Below are positions 51,891 through 61,376 of a stretch of DNA of 64,000 nucleotides, one piece after another. Below the pieces are notes generated by a model. That model worked only from the letters and a program-made list of their open reading frames with translations, made no database searches and was not told where the DNA came from. Made by a program: the position numbers and the translations under genes. The number at the start of each line of letters is the position of its first letter. Position 1 is the first letter of the stretch. The DNA is taken from contig CDROCS010003392.1 of the NCBI GenBank assembly GCA_977020255.1, positions 62,001-126,000 on the forward strand, given 5' to 3'. Source of the stretch: Obrimoposthia wandeli (taxonomy: Eukaryota).

Positions 51891-53959
51891 GTGAGTCGCT
51901 CTTAAGGACCACTGACACAGCAATGCCCTAAATAAGGACGTAAGAAAGGCCATGAATAATTGGTTGATGTCTTAGAGTCATAGTAGGGAATGTGGCACTT
52001 CTGGCACAAAATTGACGATATCCCGGGGAACCAGCATCTCAGATATTGCACAATCGCTTATTACCATGACAACCACTAAGTGTATTATGACATGGAAACC
52101 ATATAAGTTCCCCGAGTCATAAGTGGTTACAGTGACAACCGTATATGTGTGTATTGTGTTGACAGTGGTTGTCTTGGTTGGTATGTGTAGGTCAAGGTCA
52201 CATGTTGAAATTTGTTTAAATATTTAGAATAAAATGTAAAATTCAAAAATTCTATATTTTTAAAATTTTTATGAATTTAATTGTTTTTAAAATTTAATAT
52301 TTAAACTGCAAATTTAGTTTACATTTACAATTTAAAACTTAATTTTTAGTATACATTTAAGTGCTTAATTATTTTTATATTAAATTTTTACAGAGATGCG
52401 AATATGAATAAAATCCATTAAATATATTAGTCGTTTAATTATAATTAACAACAGAATTTATTATAGTAATAAAGTATACATTTAAAAGAAAATAGTTGTT
52501 AATACATTTTTACACAGTTATAAATATTAATAAAATCAATGAAATATAACAGTATTTATCATAAAGCTCATTAAAATATTAAACTATAATATGTATAGAA
52601 AAGCAGTTTATCTAAATGAAATTATAACTAACAACAACAGATATAATGTTGAGAAGATTTCACCAAATAAATTAAGCATGTTAGTGTGAGCCTTGACTTT
52701 TCATATGCAAAGCTTGTATCTTACGTAACTAAATGTCAATATATGTGTATATTCTAAGCCAATTAAATTGTTCAAGTAGAGTATATAAGAATAAAACATT
52801 TTTCATTTCTTGTCAGTATTTTAACATGAAATCAATAAGGGATACAATGAAAACCCATATATTGAAGAGCGGCGGTTCACTGGAAGATAAAATAGAGCTG
52901 ATTAAGCCATTTCTCAAAAAAGAAGCACTAGAGCTTAGAAAAAATTCGTTTTTTTTTGCTTCTAGAGTAATGAAAACCCTATCATCATTCCACACCCAAC
53001 TTGGAAGTAGATACTATTCATCAGAATGCAACATCTCTTTTGGACTTTTCGTTTTTTTAAATAAATTTTAATTATGTCGTGTGTTTCTGTTTTTTTATTG
53101 TCTTTGACTCCATTGATAAAATAATTTTTAATGTATGTGTTTTCACTTTTTAAAATAAATAATGTTACATAATATCTATATCAATAATGTGTATTTGATC
53201 TTTATTACCTCACAAATTAAATAGCTCAATAATAGAATAAAATATTTTAAATACATTTTTTGTTATATTGTTTTCAAAAGTAATTTTAAATTAACATTTT
53301 AAATATCAAAATACTTAAAACAATAATGTTAAGGATATTTATAAAAATTTTATTTAAAAAAACGTAAATTACATATAGATAAATATTTGTTAAATCGTTA
53401 AAACTCATTCAATATTCCATCAAGAATCTTCCATATCGGGGTTTCGGTTCCACAGGTACTGACTTCGTATCCTTGAATATTTATACATAGATATCATTGC
53501 TTTTCTGAAGGATATTCATTAACAAAAATTTCATTCTCACGCTTGAAAATGGCTTCATTTCCTTTGATTAAATTTGTTTTCCTGAAATTGATATTTGATT
53601 CCATGTTGTTTGAAAAAGTTATTGATTCAGTTTACATCTACTGAATTCAAATTTGAAACCTGATAGTAAAATTTAAGCCTCTCTAAACTAGCAGGAAAAA
53701 TAAAATTATAATTTTGAGGTTTCTTCAAAAAGTGCATCTCATATTCATAATAATTATGAATTCGTTGAGAAAGATTTTCCTCATTCATATTGGCACCATA
53801 CATAATCATTACAGATAATAATATCAAATAATCAATTGTTTATCCTATAAATTTCTATTCTAATTGGATAATAATATTTTTTTTCAATTAAGTATAAAAT
53901 ACTAAACATTTTTATATTATTCAATCATGCTTCACCATATTAAATTAGTGAATATAAAT

Positions 53960-54310
53960 TATAAGGGAAAGGTCAAACGCTGTATCAAGGACTTACCATT
54001 ACGCACTTCAAAACTGCATCAGTATCGTCACAAATGCGAAGATTATACGATAATCATTTTACAACTGGTAAATAGTTTTATATTAAAATAATAATTATAT
54101 TATTTAGGCTCGTGTAGGATAATGGGATGTAAGACAAAATTAGATGAAAGCAAGTTACCATTTATTATAAAAAAATGAAAGAATTCCATCTATCACTGTT
54201 AGCACTATTTTTATCGTTAAACCTGAGCAAGCTGAGCAAAATAATTGGGGTTGAAGCTGTCTATGAACCAGAAATATTTCCAGGATTTCGATATATAAAG
54301 TATAATATAT
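53960..54310 (+). pseudogene. TBP-fold-like gene remnant with a 40-nt intron (54068-54107)
   Basis: TIIIFTTG|SCRIMGCKT resembles the TBP IFSSGKMVCTGAK motif, and LNLSKLSKIIGVEAVYEPEIFPGFRY resembles YEPELFPGL. Frameshifts are needed to join the pieces. Confidence 0.5.
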
Positions 54311-54519
54311 TTTTCTAGATTATGAGTATTTGATTGAAACGATTTTGTATAAAATATCTTCTCATACTTGTATTTTTCTATCTACTTATGTGACTTGCAG
54401 TTATAATGTAAACACTTGCAGTCTTACTATAAATAGATTTATTTTATATAGACAAAGCTGATTTAGTTCTAATATAAAAATGAATGAAGTGATTAATGAT
54501 TATGTCCCAATTAAATCTA

Positions 54520-56800
54520 TTCTAGAGAATGATACTTGTTAAATTTGTATAATACTTCAAACTATATTAAGCACCAAATCTGCCCAAATATTAAAAGTTA
54601 TGCGATCGAGGTGATGAGTCAACTTACATTGGAACATGTATCGAGTTTCAAAGCAGCTAACAAACAAAGTTGGAGACCACAATCACATGATGAGCGAGTA
54701 CCTTCGAGCAGCGCATTCAAAATGAAACTTATCAAGGAGACTGAACCGATCCTTTCCTGTGATTTTTCACAATTTGATGGGATACGATATGCACCACATA
54801 CTTAAGCATGCGTCAAGTCAATTTCCTGATCTGAAGTATTTCTATCATTCCTAAATCGACAGAGAATTTCAAGTTATAATGGCCATCCTTAAAAGGGATA
54901 TAATTACTGAGCACAGATAGCATGCCATTAAATATATCCTTATTTAAATGAATTGCATTATCATAGAATAGATTTTCCGGTTAAATTAACTGCGATATCG
55001 AGATTTGAACACATGAATAACTTGAGAATTAATGTATTCAAATATAATAAAAATATCCCAGTTAATGTAATAGAGGAAGAAAAATTTAAAAATCCCTTTG
55101 TAAATGTGATTTAAAGGAACGAAAATGAGAAGACTCCAGTCAACTTAATTTGGCCCGAGCATAATAATAAACTCCACTTTGCTGCAATTCCCAATTTAGA
55201 TCGTCTTCTAAATTTAGATAATAGAGCTTTCCCATTTAGGATAAGGTATAAGTGGTGTCATATATGTTTGCATGGATTCCCACTCGAGCTCTCTTATAAC
55301 TAACATCTGATGTCATGTACACTGAATCCTGATGACAATACGTTACATAGCATGGTTAAGGAAAAGGATGTAAAATTCAGTGATTGAGTAAAATGCATAC
55401 CCTTTCAATTCAGGATGTATACGGATTTTGAATCAATTATTGCAATGCATTGCCAGTATGAGAGTATTTACCTACTGGCTTCGATCATGACTGGCATAGA
55501 CTTGGTTAATTTTAATTCTAGTAGATATTGTTGTTTGTGTGGTATCCAGTCTAAGTTAGTCAGATATCACGATCATGTTACGGGGCGATATCTGGGAGCG
55601 GTATGCAACCTTTGTAACTTTGACCGTCGACTCTCTAAAAAACCACGCATTCCTATCGTGTTTCATAATCTCAAAATATATGATTTGCATCTTATACATA
55701 AATATGCGTTGATACATTAAGCTCATGGAAAATTTTTATACACTTCAAACGTCGGAGAAATATTTAACTGCATTCTGAATTATAGATTCTCTGTAGTTTT
55801 TGAGTGCGTCTTTAAAATATTTAACGGCTTCTTTAAATGCATGACTAATTACACAGTCAGTGTTCTTAGCTTCGACAAATGATAATGGAATTTTTCCTCA
55901 TAAATTTGCGAAACACTTTGTCGATTTACAAAACTACAACTGAAATCCCACACATAACTGAATTTGATGGTGTACTTCAAGACTATAATGAGGTAATTGT
56001 CGAAATCTCCATAGAGTATATGCTTTATCATATGAAGTTGGACATTTATATTTTAGCTGATGTATTTAAATCCTTTCCTGTAAAATCTTTAGTGAAATAT
56101 GGACTAGATCTCATACTTTTATTTAGTTTACCTGGTCTTTCATGGGAAACGACAATTAAAACGTAAGATTAATGTCGATATACTGCAAGATCCCGTGATG
56201 TATCAAATGTATGATTATGGTATTCGCATTGGAATGAATTTTGTCAGCAAACTTCACGTTGTCAAAAATCAATCCGCGGAGATTCTGTACATCGACATTA
56301 ATAATTTGTAAAGGTGGGCGCTTACTCAACCTCTAGCCCAGGCTAACTTTACGTGGTTGTTTGATGTAGAATAGTTGAATGAGTTGATGACAGATTTAGC
56401 AACTGTTGTGACAGTTTCATCAAATGTTGGCTATTTGGTTGATATCGATTTCACAATCCCTCCCAATGTGCATGATACATTGGATGATTTTCCGGTGGCA
56501 CCCGTTCATCAATTTCCACTTAATTCTTAACTTAAGAAATTATCGTTAACTCACGAAGAAAAGTTGAATAATGAGATGCATTGGATGCTTCTTCAAGTAT
56601 AATCAAGTCACTCGAATTCATCGATCTATAAGCTTTAGCGTATTTTTACAATTGCAGATAACTTGGTAGCAGTGTTATTAGGAAAGTAGATTATTTGTCT
56701 CTATCGACCGAATTATATAGGTCAAACAGTTTCAGACATTTCCAAACTCAGAATGTATGAGCTTTAATATATTAAATTAGAGAAATATCGCAGTTGATTT
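54520..56800 (+). pseudogene. Second, longer Maverick/Polinton pPolB remnant
   Basis: LHY.RI.FPV...ISRFE..N.L.INVF, YHDHVTGRYLGAVCN.CN, IPIVFHNLK.YDLH, DVFKSF, LPGLSWE and YIDINNL..WALTQPL. Confidence 0.78.
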
Positions 56801-57083
56801 AATTGTGATATCAAAATCGTTGCTGGGGACACTTACTTTTTTTTGTTTACTGACAAAATATGGTAACTTTTCGCCTGTTGGCTTTGAATATAAGCTTCAA
56901 TTATTGGCGGCTTCGCCATTTTATTTTCTTAAATGTATTATTAAACTTGTCTTGGCTTCGTATGTGAAATCTATTAGTTGTCTGGAATCATCTCTAATAT
57001 TTACTTCAATATTGTTTATGGATAAGAGAGCAACTGGAAGATACATCGGTTAAACTATACGAATACCGATAACATCTCCAATT

Positions 57084-57356
57084 TTAGTTTGACTTTGAGA
57101 TATCGATATTGTTCTCAAAAGTGGAAATTCGTAGTCCTCCTACAAGCGTTGGGTCTATTAAACTAGTATAAATATATAGCTTATTAATATAATTTAAAAG
57201 TTTGGCCTGATTTTTAGCTTTTATGGTTTTTACTATATGTGTTTCAAAGAAATTTCCTGTTAAACCAAGGTGTTTTGTGAGTTTATCATCAAAGGATTCC
57301 CGTGGTTTTCTTATATTACTTTTGAGGTCGAATGTGAAATTCATGCACAAATGCAC
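57084..57356 (-). pseudogene. Possible Maverick minor-capsid-like remnant, cut by the LTR at 57425
   Basis: LYIYTSLIDPTLVGG-LR recalls the 'YVY.D.I.P..VG...LR' pattern I associate with Polinton penton proteins. It is adjacent to pPolB. Motif recall only. Confidence 0.3.
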
Positions 57357-57903
57357 GAAATTTCACTCCACACACATGCAGTTTTTTAAAGGACAGTGAT
57401 ATCCGCTTCAGAGAGTGGGGTATATGTTGGGGTTTCTATACGAAACTTGGTATAGAGCCTCTTGAGTGCGGAGGGCCCCAACGTGAGTTCGATTAGAAGC
57501 AGGTCTTAAAGTTGGTCGTGGCCTACTTAGTTTTATGGTTGCCTAATCTCTTGTACTATCTGAAGGTATTTGATTTGATGTCTCTTAGTCTGAAGGGTGT
57601 AAAAACAACTTGTTCTAATGTAGGAAATTGTTTATTCAAAATTCACGTAACTAACACCACAATACGTTTATGTACGTATTTCTAAAAAGTATGATAAAAT
57701 TCCTAAAGGACTTCTGTAAGTCTCTACAAGAAGTGGGGATGAACCACGTATCGATTTTACGTTCAGGTGATTAAGTTTCTTAGGTTTAGTCTTCTCACTC
57801 AGGTTGGTTAATCTATAACGCAACTCTCTTAAATTTCTTCGCTCCTACTTCTTATCTCTAGCTAATATTTCTTTGTTCCTTACTCTCTCTGTGTGTGTTT
57901 GAC

Positions 57904-58338
57904 CCGAATTGTCTACTGTAGACAAGGGATCTCCTAAAAACCTAATTGTCAAGATGACAATGAAAACTTACTCCTAATTGTCAACTACGGACAATGAACG
58001 AACCGAATTGTCAGCTAGTGGACAATGAATCTTACCGAATTGTCTACTAGGGACAATGAATATTTATCCAAATTACCAACTAGGGGCAATGAATGAACCT
58101 AATTGTCAGCTAGGGACAATGATCTTACGGGAAAAAACGTCTGGTAAGTTTCCTAATTGTCGCTGGGGACAATGAATAAATGTCCGATCCTAATTACCAA
58201 CTAGGGGCAATGATTGTGGTAAAGAGACAACGATCCTAATTACCAGCTAGGGGTAATGAATTTATGTATTATTTTAAATGTAGAATTACCAACTAGGGGT
58301 AATGAATATATCCTAATTGCCAACTAGGGGCAATGAAT
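57904..58338 (-). repeat. Array of 12 stem-loop units (6-bp stem, 5-8 nt loop) separated by non-identical spacers
   Basis: Units start at 57904, 57941, 57973, 58003, 58035, 58068, 58098, 58152, 58189, 58235, 58281 and 58312. Confidence 0.9.
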
Positions 58339-58443
58339 GAACCTAGTCGGTGGTCTTACCAGTTACTCGCTGATTCCTAAACACAGTGGGATGTCCGCTG
58401 CAGTTTCCGTATGGAGCGCTTGCGAGAGGTTTGGTATGCACGC

Positions 58444-58920
58444 TTGATTTTTTTGGACTGAAAATACTTTTTTGGACTTGGAATATTTCTTTGGACTGAA
58501 AATACTTTTTTGGATTAAGAATACTTTTTTGGATTGAAAATACTTTTTTGGATTGAAAATATTTCTTTGGACTGAAAATATTTCTTTGGACTGAAAATAC
58601 TTTTTTGGATTAAGAATACTTTTTTGGATTGAAAATATTTCTTTGGACTGAAAATATTTCTTTGGACTGAAAATACTTTTTTGGATTAAGAATATTTCTT
58701 TGGACTGAAAATATTTCTTTGGACTGAAAATATTTCTTTGGACTGAAAATACTTTTTTGGATTAAGAATATTTCTTTGGATTGAAAATATTTCTTTGGAC
58801 TGAAATTATTTCTTTGGACTTGGAATATTTCTTTGGACTGAAAATATTTCTTTGGACTGAAAATACTTTTTTGGATTAAGAATATTTCTTTGGACTGAAA
58901 ATACTTTTTTGGATTGAAAT
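58444..58920. repeat. 19-20 bp tandem array (~24 copies) in LTR B
   Basis: GGACTGAAAATATTTCTTT and GGATTAAGAATACTTTTTT variants. Confidence 0.95.
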
Positions 58921-59716
58921 CCAATTACTCGACCTGCGGTCAGGGAGTTGATTCTGAATTTGTGATTGTGGATTGTCAACTATTTGGTTCTCCTTATATG
59001 CGGTTCTTCCTGTCAGTCAACGACAGCTGAAATGAGATTAAAAGTTATTTGACTGCACAAAATGTGCTTACCTTTTCTTGATTGACGGTTTGATTGCTGG
59101 AGAATCTTCTTCCTGTCAGTCAACGGCAGCTGAAAAACTAAATTTGATTTTACTGCACGAAATGTGCTTACCTTTTTTCTTCTTGATTGACGGTTTTAAT
59201 TAACCGTTTTTCTTTTTAATTATTCTTATTTTTTGTTCGTTTTTGTTAATTAACTTTAACTTTTATATATTTTCGCATAATACACGACCTTCGTGGTCCT
59301 CCTAATTTTACCCTAAATTTCACTAATTTTACTTCTAAAACTTAAATTAATATTTTAATTCAATTTTCGACCTTGCTTTCAAGGATTTTTATTTTAGTAT
59401 TTAATCAACTAAAATATTTAATTTTCTTAATTCTCAACCTTAACATACCTCGGGGGTTCCAAAAAAGTTACGTCCCCGGAACGTATCGATTTTACTTAAA
59501 TAAGCCTTTGGCTGTTGATTTTAGGTTCATCCTACAAAATCAATCATTCAACTTCAACAAACATGCCCAAAAACAATTTTTTCAAAATCTCGGTTTTCCA
59601 GTGGGAAACATAATATATAATTTGGAGCAAGTCTCAAACCATACATTATTATTTATACACAACTAAAAATTTACACACAAAATTACAGATTAGGAAGGAA
59701 AGAAGGGAGGAAAGTT

Positions 59717-60247
59717 TCAGTTATCGTATGTTAGGTCAATTGTTATTGTCGGCTGGTTCCGACTGGTCAGGTAGCGTAGAACCTGCTCCAGGGGAAGGTC
59801 GGGAAAGGACGGACTGTCCCCGTTGTACAAATGGAGTTGCTGGCTCCGGGTCAAATGCGGGCTGTCGATGAATAGGTCGAACTGCTGCCCGTTCATGGCA
59901 TGGCTTTCAATCCAGTGCCGTCTGGCCTGGAACCACGAGTGGCAGTCTCGACTAGACCGCCATCTCTCGCGGACGCCCAGTTGTGTGTCGCGCCGGCGTG
60001 CGAGACACACGTAGCATTGGCAATGGATGCCACCAATGCAGCTGGCAGGCGATCGGGTGCCTTTGTGTCTTCCGCGGCTCTGGAGTGTCCATTTGGCGAA
60101 GGGTGTCCGGCACAGTGGACAGGTGATTTGTCCGGAGGTTCGAACCTTGGTCCACAAATAGAGGCACTCCTCGTGAAATTTGTGACGGCAGCCGACAGGG
60201 GATGCTGATACCGCCCAAATCTTCTCCATGCATACGGAGCACAACAT
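59717..60247 (-). CDS. RING-H2 protein 3 (~176 aa), putative E3 ubiquitin ligase
   Basis: CSVC-x13-C-R-H-KF-H-EE-C-LYLW...CPLC, then C-x5-C-x-C-x2-C. Acceptor TTTTCTCATGCAG directly precedes the ATG at 60247. Confidence 0.85.
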   Translation of the reverse strand: MLCSVCMEKIWAVSASPVGCRHKFHEECLYLWTKVRTSGQITCPLCRTPFAKWTLQSRGRHKGTRSPASCIGGIHCQCYVCLARRRDTQLGVRERWRSSRDCHSWFQARRHWIESHAMNGQQFDLFIDSPHLTRSQQLHLYNGDSPSFPDLPLEQVLRYLTSRNQPTITIDLTYDN

Positions 60248-60588
60248 CTGCATGAGAAAATGACTCCTTTCAATTTGGGGTTCACCGTTCTCATCGTTAA
60301 TTTAAATTTTATTTCAAAACGAATCCTTAGTTATCTAATCCTACCGAGTTTTGTTTCGATTTTAGGCATGTTTACGCATTCACACTAAACATAAAAAATT
60401 GTCTTTTTTAGAAATTCAGTATAATAATTACAATTTCAGTTAAACATCATACATAAAAATGGTAATGGTCAATTTACAGTTCACAAGATTATATAATTAT
60501 GATTACAATTATGGTAGCTAATTTATCGCGGTATGCGATACACAGGGTAGTTCATGATGTCACGTTCAAGTCAGAAAGTTACCTTCGA

Positions 60589-60893
60589 TTATTGTTGGGG
60601 ATTGGGCTGGCCTGTGCTTCGCTCCTCCACGCAGAACGAGCACCAGCAATCGCAGATGGTTTTCCAGCAGTGTACGATGGGTACCACTGCTTGGAGGCTG
60701 TCTTGGTTGTACACGTAGTGTACTGAGAAGGTCGCTCTGCACATTGGGCAGGTTGGGAAGTCGAGGGGTTGTTGCTGTTTGCGATGGGGATCCACGTCTC
60801 GAGGCATTCGACGTGGAAAAGGTGGTCGCAGTTGTTGGGCTTGGTGTAGAAGTCCACGATGCTCTCGTAGCAGATGGAACATTCTCCAGACAT
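60589..60893 (-). pseudogene. RING-H2 protein 2, with one frameshift (real or assembly error) near 60765
   Basis: CSIC...CDHLFHVECLETW is in one frame and FPTCPMCR...CWKTICDCWCSFC in the next. Adding one C to the C4 run restores an ORF colinear with RING1. Confidence 0.8.
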
Positions 60894-60953
60894 TACTGTG
60901 GGAGGGTTGATGTTGAATTTGGGCTCGATTGAGGACTGGTGGTTGTGTGATCT

Positions 60954-61253
60954 TTACACAAAAGTGGTCTGATTTTGTCGATCTGACAAACAGTAATAAC
61001 ACCAACACTCTCCGAAATTCTTCCAGCAGAATACCACCTGTACATATACATCCCTTTGGTTGGGTTCTAACATGACGAATCTTGCGAATTGTCTTCTGCA
61101 TATAGGGCAACGAGGGTATGTTGGGTGTCCGAACTGTCCATAAGTTCTGATCCATGTCGATAAACATTCCTCGTGGTGTAAATGGTTGCAGGTTTCGGGT
61201 CTTGTTCTTCGTTCGGTTAGATCTTCTAAACATATTGGGCATTCTTCGGCCAT
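60954..61253 (-). CDS. RING-H2 protein 1 (99 aa), putative E3 ubiquitin ligase
   Basis: CPIC-x13-C-N-H-LH-H-EE-C-LSTW...CPIC, then CWKNFGECWCYYC. Acceptor TATTTAG lies 1 nt before the ATG. Confidence 0.88.
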   Translation of the reverse strand: MAEECPICLEDLTERRTRPETCNHLHHEECLSTWIRTYGQFGHPTYPRCPICRRQFARFVMLEPNQRDVYVQVVFCWKNFGECWCYYCLSDRQNQTTFV

Positions 61254-61376
61254 TCTAAATACATGATGATGATTAATTTCTACATGAGTTTTATATACTT
61301 CTACTATTTGTACAATCGCTTCTAGATATTTCTACATATTTCACACACTAATTTATCTACAACCTCCTCTGACTCA

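Larger units (their letters stand above)
57425..59445 (-). mobile_element. 3' LTR (2021 bp) of env/RING element B
   Basis: The minus strand starts TGTTAAGG, aligning from base 1 with 43527 (shared AAAATCCTTGAAAGCAAGGT), and ends GAAACCCCAACA. Flanks TATA/TACC do not form a TSD, consistent with attachment to internal sequence on the right. Confidence 0.88.

Noticed and set aside
52730-53070. 112-aa ORF ending RKNSFFFASRVMKTL
   Set aside because: It resembles a CR1-type LINE C-terminal remnant and is too weak to call a gene.
57904-58338. CRISPR-like look (palindromic repeats with unique spacers)
   Set aside because: Spacers are only ~3-28 nt and irregular, the repeats vary, there are no cas genes, and the array is inside a eukaryotic LTR.
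59691-59714. Purine tract as a PPT (also 11389-11400)
   Set aside because: It is on the antisense strand of the element and not adjacent to the LTR start.
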